Assembly (NCBI GenBank): GCA_951406725.2
Contig: OX597831.1
Location: forward strand, 37,882,001-37,946,000
DNA length: 64,000 nt
Source: Octopus vulgaris
Taxonomy: Eukaryota
Direction: 5' to 3'
Shown: in pieces, positions 25,670 through 39,374 of the stretch
How the letters are laid out: every line of letters starts with the position of its first letter
Numbering within the stretch: position 1 is the first letter of the stretch
The notes under the pieces: generated by a model
Database searches by the model: none
Seen by the model: only the letters and a program-made list of their open reading frames with translations
Told to the model about the DNA's origin: nothing
Translations under genes and position numbers: made by a program

Positions 25670-25993
25670 TGAAGGCGCGTGGCTTAGTGTTTGGGGCATT
25701 CGGCTCACGATTGTAAGGTCATGAGTTCCATTCCCGGCGACGCGTTGTCTCCTTGAGCAAGACACTTTATTTCATGTTGCTCCAGTCCACTCAGCTGGCA
25801 AAAATGAGTTGTACCTGTATTTCAACGGGCCGGCCTTGTCACACTCTGTGTCACGCTGAATCACCCTGGGAACTACGTTAGGGGTAGACGTGTTTGTGGA
25901 ATGCTCAGTTACTTGCACGTTAATTTCACGAGCAGGCTGTTGCGTTGATCGTATCAGCTGGGAAACTCGTCGACGTAACCGACAGAGTGCTCC
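25670..25993 (+). mobile_element. SINE family C2 (tRNA head, CORE-like domain, distinct tail)
   Basis: A/B boxes, TTGAGCAAGACACTTTATTTCATGTTGCTCCAGTCCACTCAGCTGGCAAAAATGAGT, and a tail ending GTAACCGACAGAGTGC. Confidence 0.85.
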
Positions 25994-26011
25994 TTATATA
26001 TATATATATAT

Positions 26012-26310
26012 ATAATAATAATAAATATTAGGGAATAAATCCAAACTTACAGGGAAAAATCAGATTTAGGATTGAATCCAATTTTATAGTAAAATATTAT
26101 ATTATATTAAATAAGAGACAAAACCACTATTATGCAAATCAAACAAAGAAAGACTTAAGCCAATACATAAATTTAACAATTATTAATATCCACTACGATC
26201 GTCTCATGTCTTCTTTCATCACATCTTTGAGTAGTAGACATTCTTCAGGTGGTTTCAAATATTCTTGGCGAGTTTAAACTATGAACTTTGTTTGATTTGT
26301 CTCTAATTTA

Positions 26311-26320
<10 letters not shown>
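26012..26320 (-). mobile_element. PLE-like terminal fragment with inverted arm
   Basis: Contains an HHR motif; 26286-26320 is inverted relative to ~26100-26148; homolog at 37490-37590; embedded in (TA)n. Confidence 0.65.
26190..26252 (-). ncRNA. Type-I hammerhead motif (one core substitution)
   Basis: Minus strand reads CCAC-CTGAAGA-ATGTCT..AGACAT-GAGA(for GAAA)-CGATCG-TA-GTGG. Confidence 0.7.
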
Positions 26321-26364
<44 letters not shown>

Positions 26365-26693
26365 TCCGTCATAGGATTTCTTATGTGTTTAAATGTACAC
26401 TGTATTTATATGAATAATATATAGTTTATTGACTAATTTTTCTACACGCTAGTGTACTACTAGTAAACATTTCGGAAATCTATATTACCTTGATATTACC
26501 AATTATATATATATATATAAGATTGCCCAAATATATACGCATCTGTATGTTTATGTATACATCTATCTACTTGTTGTTGAATTCTCTATCGCAGAACAGT
26601 GCATGATACACACACACACACACATATCTATATATATATAGAAATAAAGACAAAGGGAACTAAACACTCACACACAAGCACACAAACCGGCAA

Positions 26694-26737
<44 letters not shown>

Positions 26738-27036
26738 AGCAGACGCACACGTACGCACGCACATATATATTTTTGCAGTGATAGACAAAAAGCGAGAGAG
26801 AGAGGGAAAGAGAAAGGAGGAAATATTTATGCATATTTATGCATACACTCTTATCGAATAACAATCTTGGAAGATATATTTTGCTCCATTATTCAACAAC
26901 GCAGTTACGTATTGACATTTGCACAAGTGGGCAACACGCATATGCACTAACTCGTACGCATGTTCACATGCCTGCTTACAAACACATACAGCCATAGGAC
27001 ACACAAATGCTGATACTCATATAAACCCATGTAATA

Positions 27037-27088
<52 letters not shown>

Positions 27089-27352
27089 GTATTTATAAAT
27101 ATATGAATATATAGATACATATTTATATATATGTATAATATATTATAAATAATATATATATATATATATATATATACGCACACACACATATATATACATA
27201 TATATATATACACTCTTGTGTTTCTGCGTGGTGTGTGTGTATGTGTGCGATGTGTTTTTGCGCATATGTGTGCTTGTCTGTGCATGTATAGAACCTTTCT
27301 TTAAGTATGAAGTCAAAATCTTGCGTACGTATAAAGTGATCATATTTTGATG

Positions 27353-27402
<50 letters not shown>

Positions 27403-28188
27403 TTATATATATATATATGTGTATATATATATATATATATACACATATGTATATAAATATACACATATGCATGTGTGTTTACATATCTATATGACTATGT
27501 ATAGAAATGTCTATATGTATATGTATGAATATATGTATATATATACATACACACACTGACTCACGCGGGTGTACACACACATACACATATATCATAGATA
27601 TGATATGTGTGTGTGTGTGTGTGTGTGTGAGTTATCTCGATGTCTAGCAATAGATAACGAACATTAAGAGACGCATGTTTGAATTATTCCTATTAAAAAG
27701 TACAGCAGAACTTTTTGTAGTATGTCTCCTCATATTTCCACGACATACCAAAGGAAACTTGTACGAAAGAAACAACCAATAAAAATAAACATATGAATAA
27801 ATAAAGAAATAAAATTGGTTAAATCTAGGGGCATTAGGATAATAAAACAAAATATATTCCCATGAAAGAAACGATGTATATATTTCCATGCAATTGAAAC
27901 GGAAATGCATAAAGTACTTTACTATATCGCTTTTTTATAACGAGGAATGGAAAATCTTAGAAAATATGCGAATACTGCATAGACTAGTATGGTCTTTATT
28001 TATTTGTATTGTGTTTCATGATGAGGAATAGTATAAGCATTTTAGTGGCGACTGAGACCCTGTGTCTATCTAAATCGCTAAGTAAATTAGCTCGTGTCTT
28101 TAAGACTAGACATACGAAAAAGAAAGCATGTTTTCTCTGAGAATTGCAACTTGTTTCCTATACATATGTATGTATGTACGTACGTATG

Positions 28189-28243
<55 letters not shown>

Positions 28244-29505
28244 GTATATGTTTGTGTGTATGTGTATGAACTTTCATGCATGTAGGTAGTTAGGAAGGTT
28301 TATACATCCATAGACACAAGTTTATACATATATATATATATATATATATACCCTCACACATACATACACATAAACACGCACGTATATATATTTCATAAAC
28401 ATAATAAAGCTACTTATTACCATTAATCTGGAAAGATGATTTTGGAAAAATTGATCAACGACTGATGACATTAAAAGGACGATATAACAGTATGTTTGCC
28501 TCGGAGGATATAAGCAGATTATTTTTAATACGATTTATATGGAAAATTCTGAACCATTACTAAAAGGAGGAAAGGCATTTCTTGATACTTGCTGAGTCTT
28601 GAGAATAATACAGTACTGTTCACCATTGCACGTCTTCCGATACTGGTTAGTATGATTCCATTAATATCCTTTTTAACAGTTACAGTTTAACACCGGTAGT
28701 AAAGACATGAACAGGGAAAATATTTCAAAAGGACGGTGTTCTATGAATGAACAAGCTGAGTTGTACTGTACTTCAGAAATGTGACAAGATATGGAGAGAC
28801 AATTGGATTCGGGGTATCTCTGTAGCGGAGATTTAAATGCAAAGAATCTCAAGGAAGAAAGTTTATTATTCTATCGATAAAAGAAGCAGAGAAATGAAAT
28901 AAATCCAACATATTCCAGGGGATGAAACGGGTGCGTGATTGATTTCGTGTCATTTAGTCAAGCAGCCCTTTAGTAAATGCATTCTATGATACCTGCGTGC
29001 AAGAATAGAAGCAGCAGCGACCCAAGTGTGGGAACAATACCTCATTTTACGTCTAACTTCAGCTATATAGATAACATTTACTTTGATTATGATATACGTC
29101 AGTCTAATCATATACACACCAATCTTCACCAATTTCGACATGAAAGAAGCGTGACATTTGCAACCAATTCACTCCCAGCAACGAAATACAATTCCATTAC
29201 ACCAGTAACACCATCATTGCTACAGCTAATACCATAATCTCCATCACCATCATCGCGCCGACAATATAGCTATCGGTGTGTTCTTCACATCTTTTGATCT
29301 CCCTAATGATCAGATGAAATGTTCAGCGGTGTACTTGAATATATAAATTGTATTATCCGGAGCTTTGATTTTAATAAGCGGATAATTATTAATTCATTTT
29401 AACTGAGAATCATTGACCCCTAATTTTGATAACAATAAATCGATAAGAGCACTATCTATAACAATAATTTGCGATTTTGTATTGTATATATATATAGATA
29501 GATAT

Positions 29506-29545
<40 letters not shown>

Positions 29546-29565
29546 ATAGATAAATAGATACATAA

Positions 29566-29636
<71 letters not shown>

Positions 29637-29654
29637 TGTATATATGTTTATGTG

Positions 29655-29696
<42 letters not shown>

Positions 29697-29975
29697 CTGT
29701 AACCCTGGCAGTAATTCAATGTCGTGTTCAAAGATGGAGTTCTGTGACTGAGTGGAGAGTGGGTATACGTGAGAGTTAATATGCTAAATATATATGATGC
29801 ATGATATTAATTAATGCATTGGAATACATAAATGTACGAGAAAGGAGTGCACTGGTGTAATAAAAACGTGTATGATAAAGCTTGTTCCACTTCCGCTTGT
29901 GTTGATATTGTCTTGTTCCCTGCCTTTACACTATATATATATATATATATATATACATATATAAATAAGCTTCAT

Positions 29976-30179
29976 TTTCAAAATTATTTAAAACAAATGC
30001 CGTGCATTTCATCATAGATATAACAAGAAAATGACTAACATTCAACGTTTGTTTATCAGAAAGCGACAAATCGTGTTGCAGAGGATAGTCCATTGTGACT
30101 TAAACCTATAATGCCTTTATAATGCGAGGTTGTACAGTGTCCAACGTATTATGTATTTCATTACTTAAAGATATAATGG
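29976..30179. repeat. Diverged ~205-bp direct repeat, copy 1
   Basis: Aligns with 32880-33082. Confidence 0.8.
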
Positions 30180-30374
30180 AGTATCCTGTATATTGAAAAC
30201 ATACGTGGTCATATGCATCCGGGCTTTTTCAGTTTCTGTCAAGCAAATCCACTTACAAGGATTTAGTCGGCCCGAGGATATATTAGAAAACACTTGCCCA
30301 AGATGCCACCCAGTGGGATCGAATACAGAACCATGTTGTTGGGAAGCAAACTTCTTACAACACAACCACACCTG

Positions 30375-30462
<88 letters not shown>

Positions 30463-30492
30463 CATATATATGCGTGTGTGTCTATCTGTATA

Positions 30493-30571
<79 letters not shown>

Positions 30572-30576
30572 ATATC

Positions 30577-30669
<93 letters not shown>

Positions 30670-31001
30670 ATATATATATGTGTGTATACACGCACACACA
30701 CACATGCACACACATATATATGGATATATATATGTATGTATGTATGTATGTATATGTATATACAAGCATACCTAAGAGACAATCTGGAAAAACCATGGTA
30801 TTCAAAACGAAAATCAACCAGCTGCCATGCACAATACATATGTAATTAGCACATTATAGTAGACTTGTCTGATGTTTATATTTAAAATGTCACCTTGTTT
30901 TGTTATGTACATTTCAAAGCTGGACCTCTGTATCTTTGTTAGAAACCAGCTGTAATAAGTAATATATCATATAAGGGGAGACCATACATACCTACATACA
31001 A

Positions 31002-31062
<61 letters not shown>

Positions 31063-31078
31063 TGATGCCAAGGATTCA

Positions 31079-31156
31079 GCGGTACATATGTTTCGGGCCT
31101 TTATTAGACGAGTTTATAACAATGCATAATGTGTGTCTATGGCCTTCTTCAGCCGC
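31079..31156 (-). ncRNA. Type-I hammerhead ribozyme motif (intact core)
   Basis: Minus strand reads GCGG-CTGAAGA-AGGCC.TAGAC...GTCTA..GGCCC-GAAA-CATATG-TA-CCGC. Confidence 0.8.
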
Positions 31157-31342
31157 GCACAATTTATTCATATATTTGTATTACCTCAACATCCAAACTT
31201 CCTCATTCTACATTGAGAGAAGGACGAGATTGATGCTTCATTTTTGTGCTGTTGCCGCATTATGTCGTACGCGAATGAGAGGATTTGCATCCCCAACGTA
31301 GAATTTTTGATGTAATACATGTCCTTGAGGTAGTAATTGTGC

Positions 31343-31420
31343 GCGGCTGAATAAGGCCATAGACACACATTATGCATTGTTATAAATCCGTCTAATAAAG
31401 GCCCGAAACATATGTACCGC
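31343..31420 (+). ncRNA. Type-I hammerhead motif (core CTGAATA, G-to-T change)
   Basis: Mirror of 31079-31156 with one core substitution. Confidence 0.65.
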
Positions 31421-31524
31421 TGAATCCTTAGCATCATGTTTTTATTTTGATTATTTACTCCACCACATACACCACCAAACGGTATATACAGGTGCTTACA
31501 ATTATCAAGTACTCACCCAGTTTC

Positions 31525-31562
<38 letters not shown>

Positions 31563-31939
31563 CGAAAGCCTAAACGTGCTCGTATACACAAATTCCCGTA
31601 CTTATGTTCAAATTTCTGCCGAACTCAGCCGATTTGTCCTCACAAATTAAACTGCAGACAAGTTCAAAGTTAATATAACAAAACACGTAAAATTTGCGAA
31701 TGCTTTCACATTTATATCTCAATTTCCTTCCGGCACAAAAGACATTACCACAAGCAGAGCACCACAAGCTGTGAGGTTGCTCTCTTAACATAGATATATA
31801 ATTATATGAATAATTTTCGCTTATGTCAATTTGCTTGATTGATCTTCTCTCCGCAAGAGATTAGCTGTGTGGCGTCAATTAGTTTAAACATTTCATTCTG
31901 TCAGTGACTAATGGTTTGTTATAAATTGTTTTGTCATGA

Positions 31940-32240
31940 ACACGCGTGGCTTAATAGTTTGGGCATTTAGCTCATGATCGTAAGATTGTGAGTTCGATTC
32001 CTGTAAGTTGTATCATTGAGCAAGTCATATATTCCTATTTGCTCCGGTTCACGTAGCTGTCACAATTGAGTCGTATCTGGAATTTGAAGGACCAGTTTAG
32101 TCGCATTCAATGTGTCAAGCTGAATTTCCATGACAAATAAGGGTACACGATTCTGTGGAGTGCTCTGTTACTTTCATTTTAATTTAATGAGCGGGCTGTT
32201 CCATTGATTGAATCGCTCGTCTTTGTAAGCAACGGATAAC
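31940..32240 (+). mobile_element. SINE family C2, old copy
   Basis: Diverged match to 25670-25993. Confidence 0.7.
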
Positions 32241-32324
32241 CAGGCCTTGGTATTATAAGTCTCTTAACTTTTCCACTCTCGTTCAGTCTTCCATTGGAAT
32301 CCGTAAAATACCAACAAACACTGT

Positions 32325-32536
32325 GGCGGGGGCACGTGGCTTAGTGGTTAATGTGATGTATAGTTTTCATGAGCAAAACACTTCATTTCCCGTTGATCCA
32401 GTCCACTCGACTGGCAGACATGACTAATCCTCAAATGGATTGGCATCTCATCCATGTGTGGAAAATATGCGCCATGGAACAGGGAAACCGGCCCTTGTGA
32501 ATCGGCTTGATTCGGAAAGGTAACTTTACCTTTACC
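32325..32536 (+). mobile_element. SINE family C copy
   Basis: Match to 2820-3078 with a partial head deletion. Confidence 0.7.
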
Positions 32537-32879
32537 ATTAAATAATGCCGTGGAGATTATAGCGAAAAGCTAAGTTACAATGCTCAAGATATGATATTAA
32601 TTTATGTCCCGAACTTTCGCTTCAGAATGTCTAATTAGTCCCAATAATGTCATTATTATTTCCAGTATTAAGACGTTGAGCTGGTGAAATCGTTAGCCAA
32701 TGATTCAAAGTGCTCAGCGGTATTTCTTCCGTCTTTCACGTTTTACTGAGGTCGACTCACCCTTCTACCGTTTAGGGGTTTATAAGATAAGTGTCAGATG
32801 ATCAATGAGACCGAGGTAATCGTTTTCGCCTTTCCCTTAAAATTACTAACTTTTTGGCAAATTTGAAATCATTAGCATC

Positions 32880-33082
32880 TTCAAAATTATTTAAAACCAA
32901 TGCCGTGCATTTCATTAGAGATATAGCAACAAAAGAAATGAAATTCAACGTTTGTTTATCATAAAGAGAGAAAAGTCCTTACAGAAGATATTCCACTGTG
33001 ACTAAACACTATAATGAATCTATAGTATGTGGCTGTACTCTGTGCAACGTATTATTTATTTCATTACTTTAAATGTTAATGG
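32880..33082. repeat. Diverged ~205-bp direct repeat, copy 2
   Basis: Aligns with 29976-30179. Confidence 0.8.
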
Positions 33083-34127
33083 CGGAAAGCCGGTACAACT
33101 AGTAGCCTGTCGGACGAAATGCTTAGCTCCAGTTTATCTGGCTCTTTTCGTTTTCAATACAAATGTACCGAGGTCGACTTTGTTTACATCCTTTCAGGGT
33201 CGATAAAAGAAGTACCATTCGATCATTAGGGTTTATGTAACCAGCTAAACCCCCTCCCTTCAAAACAGCTGCCAAAATTTTAAAAGAATGTTTAAGTCGG
33301 CAAGCCGAACAAAATGGTTAGCGGCATATAATGAGACTTTATATTCTGACATCAAATTTCACGGAAGTTGGGTTTTGACTTTCGTCACTTCAAGGGCGAT
33401 AAATTTAATACTAGTTAAACACTAGGCTCTATGTGATCGAAAACCCACCTTCCTCAAAATTTCAGCTGTTTTGTCTATAGTGCGAAGGCTTATTTCAAAT
33501 GGTAAGTATGTGATATTTGGAAAAATATCACTTCAGTAACTAATTGGTCGAACGAACACGTTAGACCGAATTCAGTGGCTGGTAAGAGCTGTCAGTGTCT
33601 CACAATATGATTTGATTAGGACAATTTTGTTTAGTTTTGATTTATTTCTATAAAATTTCACTCGAAATGATTGATACCGAGATTTGCCGAATAACGAGTT
33701 AATAATATTGTTGTAGGATAAATAAAAAAAAGAAAGAAATGTAAATACTTAAATATAAAAGTAAAATCGTTTGATGCGTAAGAAGAAAAGAAGAAGAATA
33801 TATTGTTTAAATCTGCCAAAATGTCTAGAATATAAGTTGCAATGAAATAATTTTATGATGATTACAGATTTACGATAAAAATTAATGTCATGTTTTGATA
33901 CCAGCTATGTTATACACCGCATACACACAAACAGTGATACACACGCACATGCACACTCTCATAAACGCACACACGCACACACGTACACACATACACGCAC
34001 AAATAATGCATATATATATATATATATATATACATATGTATATAGGTATCTATTAGAATTTGTAAATATATATATATATACATGTATATGGGTTAGGCAT
34101 ATATATTTACAATTAACATATGTTCCA

Positions 34128-34182
<55 letters not shown>

Positions 34183-34183
<1 letters not shown>

Positions 34184-34394
34184 TTTATTTAAAGCAGCAG
34201 TAAATTCAACAAAACCTGTTACTCTGAGTTTCACGTTGCCGTTCATCGGACAGTTTTTGCTGAATGGCAACGGGAAACTCAGAGTAACAGGTTTTGTTGA
34301 ATTTTCTGGTGCTTTAAATAAAGCATATTACTCTACCACAGGTATTTGAGTACTCTTTTTTCTACCTTGTTTCACATTTATGTGTTTACTCTGG

Positions 34395-34396
<2 letters not shown>
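34183..34396. mobile_element. Fold-back PLE-like element in (TA)n
   Basis: Inverted arms 34184-34244 / 34261-34323; the tail matches 7105-7212. Confidence 0.7.
34216..34253 (-). ncRNA. Minimal hammerhead-like motif (CCGATGA core variant)
   Basis: Minus strand reads CTGT-CCGATGA-ACG GCAA CGT-GAAA-CTCAGAG-TA-ACAG. Confidence 0.6.
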
Positions 34397-34434
<38 letters not shown>

Positions 34435-34854
34435 AAGAGAGAGGGGGAGAGAGGGAGAGAAGGATTGGCATATACATATATACGCACATATGTATCTATG
34501 TATTTGCAATCATTATCTATTAACTAAACTGAGAATGAAAAGCAGCGTCGAGTGAAAAAGGTACTCAATGCAGTTATAGAGATTTAATATTTTACTATAA
34601 AGAAATATAAATTGGTTGTGCCGTCCAAGTGCTGTCGAAAATGGCTCCTCATCCAAGTCATCTGAAACATGTGAGTCAAACGCATGCGTTATAGATCCTT
34701 CATGATGGAAGGCGTTGCCAGCTACGATGAGTACAAAAGGCAGATGCTTCAAAGAAATATATATGTGCGATTGCGTGTGTATATGTGTGTGTGTTTGTGT
34801 ATGCATGTGTGTGTATCTGTGTATGTAGGTATGTATATATGTTAGTATGTTTGT

Positions 34855-35271
34855 ATACTCTTTACTTGTTTCAGTTATGTGACTGTGGCCATGCTGGAAC
34901 ACCGCCCTTAGTCGAGCGAATCGATCCCAGGACTTATTCTTTGTAAGCCTAGTACTTATTCTATCGGTCTCTTTTGCGGAACCACCAAGTTAAGGGGATG
35001 TAAACACACCAGCATCGGTTGTCAAGCGATGTTGTGGGGACAAATACAGACACACACACACGCACACACACAAAAACACACACACACACATATATATATA
35101 TAAACATATATACGACATGCTTCTCTCTGTTTCCGTCTACCAAAATCCACTCACAAGTGTTTGGTCGGCATGAGGCTATAGCAGAAGACACTTGCCAAAG
35201 GTACCACGCAGTAGGACTGAACCCGGGACCATGTGGTTGGTAAGCAAGCTATTTACAAAACAGCCACTCCT
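34855..35271 (-). mobile_element. SINE family A, full length
   Basis: Match to 13757-14205. Confidence 0.85.
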
Positions 35272-35669
35272 GGTATGTAAGTACGTAAGTATGTATGTAT
35301 GCATGTATGTGTGTGAGTATATTTCGTAATATACCGAGATGAAGGAGATCCACAGATCCAATTAGACCAAATATCTCTTCTTCTGAGGCCAATATTTTTT
35401 CTTTCATGCTAACTACCAAACTACGTTGAGGGGCAAGAGTTCTTTGCTTTCCAACCTTCTCATCTAATCCTAGTTTCATGAACAGGTACACAAATGTACA
35501 CGTTCTCTTCTAGTCGAGGAAGTGAGAAGACATGGTGAATGTTATTTCCGAGGGACTGTGGAAAATTGCGTGCTGTTTCCCAAACCAAATTTTATTATTT
35601 TTCTCCTAACAGGGATAAAGCCTAAGGCAGGGACCAATGCGCACTTCTGGACATGCATCCCATATTCAG

Positions 35670-35890
35670 AGGTAGCAGAAGCGTCAGCAGGCCGGGCCAA
35701 ATGTTTAACAGTATTTCGTCTGCCGCTACGTTCTGAGCTCAAATTCCGCCGATGTCGACTTTGCCTTTCATCCTTTCGGGGTCGATTAAATATGTACCAG
35801 TTACGCACTGGGGTCCATATAATCGACTTAATCCGTTTGTCTGTCATTGTTTGTCCTGTCTCTGTTTAGCCCCTTGTGGTTAGTAAAGAA
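35670..35890 (+). mobile_element. SINE-like family D copy
   Basis: Match to the 9498 unit. Confidence 0.8.
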
Positions 35891-36039
35891 AAAAAAATCT
35901 CTTCGTCTTTTCCTGGAACTTGTTTTGATGTAGTATATTCTTGTGTCTCGTGACTATAAAAATATATACTTATATAAAACTTTACGTTGCTGATAATCAT
36001 GACCTCGGTAATATTTATACTGTTTGCCATCTAAATTAT

Positions 36040-36265
36040 TACACTAATTCCTCACCTTATCGCGATTCACCTATCGTGGTTTATTATTTAAGGTTACTTC
36101 GATTCCTCCATGATGTTGTTTTGCATTTATAATAACATAAATATATAAAAATCATAGAAATAATAAACAAAAATACACACCACAGTACTGTTTCCACTTC
36201 GCGGATTTTCACCAATCGCGAGACGTTTCGGAACGTACCACCCACAATGGCTGAGGGGCTACTAT
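36040..36265. mobile_element. pogo/Tigger-like MITE
   Basis: Match to 21576-21828. Confidence 0.55.
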
Positions 36266-36271
36266 ATTGAT

Positions 36272-36484
36272 AGAGCTGGTAGAAACGTTAGCACGCCGGG
36301 CGAAATTCGTCTGTCGTTACGTTCCGAGTTCAAATTCCGCCGAGGTCGACTTTGCCTTTCATCCTTTCGGGGTCGATAAATTAAGTACCAGTTACGCACT
36401 GGGGTCGATGTAGTCGACTTAATCCCTTTGTTTGTCCTTCTTTGTCCCCTCTGTGTTTAGCCCCTTGTGGGTAGTAAAGAAATA
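36272..36484 (+). mobile_element. SINE-like family D copy
   Basis: Match to the 9498 unit. Confidence 0.85.
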
Positions 36485-37230
36485 TATATTGATACTTCCA
36501 GCCCCATCATTTTTGCAATGAAAAAGTCATTGCAGCTATTCCATGGATATGCATGATTTCTCGCTATTTTTACAATCTGTTTTAGTTCTGAAGATTTTAA
36601 TCCATGTTGCTTCCGTGAGTGTTTACTTGTAAATGAAGCAGCATTTAGAAAAAAAATCATCTAGGGGCAGATAATTGGAGACTCTTATTACGTGAGACAG
36701 GAGAGGGTCTACTGATAGTCATTTAATTCTTTTTTACTCGGTATTAATTATACCTACTTTAATGATACCAATTAATGCTAATACGAATGAACCAGTTTAG
36801 AAACGTAGAAACGCTTTTGAAAACCTTGTCCCATGTAAAACAGTTGCAATTATTAATTCTGTAAACCAATATTCATTCCACCTCTTCAAATTCTGTGAAC
36901 TTTAATAATCCGAAAAATATTCGTGAAATACCCAATAGGAAAATGGGAAACTGAAAAGATATTCTCCATACATAATGTGTAAAATAATATTTTCCCTCAA
37001 CGTACCAACAATTTCTCCGCACAAGTCCTGTCAATCCGATTTCACATCTAGTGATATCTTAACCGACGTGGTTACTTTCAATCACAAGTCTTAAGTTGAC
37101 TCGGGACACGCACGAGTTACCATGCAGCAGAATCCGACCTTGCATACATATACATACAATGTATGCATAGATAACCTCCCCATATGTATGTACGTGTATG
37201 CGTATATATATAAATATATATACATATATA

Positions 37231-37262
<32 letters not shown>

Positions 37263-37299
37263 TGTATAGACTATAATTTTGAATCGAATATATTTCAAT

Positions 37300-37592
37300 T
37301 GAACTTCAACTTAATTGTAATTCGAATTTAATTGTAGCCATGAAACGTACGTAGTTTTTTTTTTTACTGATATATTGGAACATTCATTTTTATACTTTTT
37401 GAGATCTAGTTATATGTTTTATAAAAATATAAAATATTCGTTATTTATGTTTTGGTTTATGTCTATCACAGTTTGAGTTGCATAATATTGGTTTTATCTC
37501 TAATTTATATTTTATATATTTATTTTGTGAAATTCGATTTAATACTAAATTGAATTTTTCCCTGTAAGTTTGGAATTATACTCTCTATTATT
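37300..37592 (+). mobile_element. PLE-like terminal fragment with the 3' half of an HHR
   Basis: GAAACGTACGTA at ~37342; 37490-37590 is the reverse complement of 26015-26125. Confidence 0.5.
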
Positions 37593-38286
37593 ATTATTAT
37601 TATCATTATTATTATCATTAATACTATTATTATTATTATTATTATTATTATTGTTATTGTTATTATATATACACACATATATATATACATACACACACAT
37701 ATTTATATTTATTTATAAAGGATTCTTGAGAGAATCGGGAACTTGAACGCAATACACCAGGTTGGGTTGATTTAACCTGTAAGCAACAACTTTAGGAGGA
37801 TCAATATACTTGGTACTGAAGGAATTCAGTCATATATTTAAGCTGTGCCCTAAAAAAAAAGTCCACCGCTACGAGTATTTAACGCTTAGGGTCGAAAATG
37901 CGCATTGTGTAGATCACACTGTGTTTGGTATAATCTAGGAAGTCCGACGGGTCATGAATCTCTTTGGAGTATTAACAAAGAAAAAATAACAGACGATGTA
38001 TAAATGTCTCTTCATTACAATTGTTTCTTACGGATTTAGTTATATATTTGACGAGTGAGTACATTACATCATAGTCAAAAAACTGTATTCATCAGGTAAT
38101 CCATATGATTTCAAAACAAAAGAGCGATCCATACTGACAATGGGAATGCGTCTATTCGCCATGTTCACTCAGAAATTTTTTTTTAAATCGTAAGAAACCG
38201 CTGTAATGAGATAGCATTTATTCATTGTCTGATATTTTTTCCTTGCTATATCTACCTATGAACCTATATATCTGTTTAACTGTCTA

Positions 38287-38361
<75 letters not shown>

Positions 38362-38365
<4 letters not shown>

Positions 38366-39293
38366 CAACAATTGAGGCTAAAATTAATTAATTATTAATC
38401 AATTTCACCAAGTATTCAGTATGTAAAGGGACCATTTAAGGCGAATTCAAATTATTACATTATATAAAAGGGCTTAGTAAAATAAATTACTTTGCCACAT
38501 ACTGAACTCATTAGAAATAGCAGCTAAAAAAATTTTTTTAAAACTATTTCTAATACTTAAAGAAAATCTCTCTCATATAGTGTTTGCTCAAGTCAACTCA
38601 CGATGGTATGGGGGTAAAGACATTAAAAATCACAAATGCAAAGGTTATTTGAGAAATGTTTTTAGCTGCTATTTCTAATGAGTTCAGTATGTGGCAAAGT
38701 AATTTATTTTACTAAGCCCTTTTATATAATGTAATAATTTGAATTCGCCTTAAATGGTCCCTTTACATACTGAATACTTGGTGAAATTGATTAATAATTA
38801 ATTAATTTTACCCTCAATTGTTGAAATTATAATTCATTTCTCTCTATTTAATGCTTCGGTTTTTACCGATAAAACATAGTGTTTACCAATTTTAACCCAC
38901 GCTGGTGGAAAGGGGAGAGCAGAAATTCTTCGCTTGCATATTTTGAATTTGCTAGCACTGATAGTTCGAGCAGATCTTCAGAAGTGATAAGAAGCCAAAA
39001 GGGTATGCTCCCACTTTCAGTGTTCCCAAATCCGAATCAAGGAGTTCTGAGCTGACGAAAGAAATGTCGATTTGACTAATCTAGAAACGTACGTTCTCAA
39101 ATAACCTTTGCATTTGTGATTTTTAATGTCTTTACCCCCATACCATCGTGAGTTGACTTGAGCAAACACTATATGAGAGAGATTTTCTTTAAGTATTAGA
39201 AATAGTTTAAAAAAAAATTTTAGCTGCTATTTCTAATGAGTTCAGTATGTGGCAAAGTAATTTATTTTACTAAGCCCTTTTATATAATGTAAT
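38362..39293 (+). mobile_element. Second copy of the ~560-bp PLE/retrozyme-like element with a long inverted arm
   Basis: Inverted arm 38362-38655, forward part 38659-39293 with terminal direct repeat 38661-38735 / 39219-39293, HHR at 39048, and (TA)n on both sides. Confidence 0.75.
39048..39099 (+). ncRNA. Minimal type-I hammerhead ribozyme motif
   Basis: TGAG-CTGACGA-stem II-GAAA-CGTACG-TT-CTCA; differs from the 25145 copy at the free N7 position and in stem II. Confidence 0.75.
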
Positions 39294-39371
<78 letters not shown>

Positions 39372-39374
39372 ATA

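Larger units (their letters stand above)
31061..31438. mobile_element. Fold-back PLE-like element with an HHR in each arm
   Basis: Near-perfect ~100-bp inverted repeat 31061-31162 / 31335-31438, adjacent to (TA)n. Confidence 0.75.
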
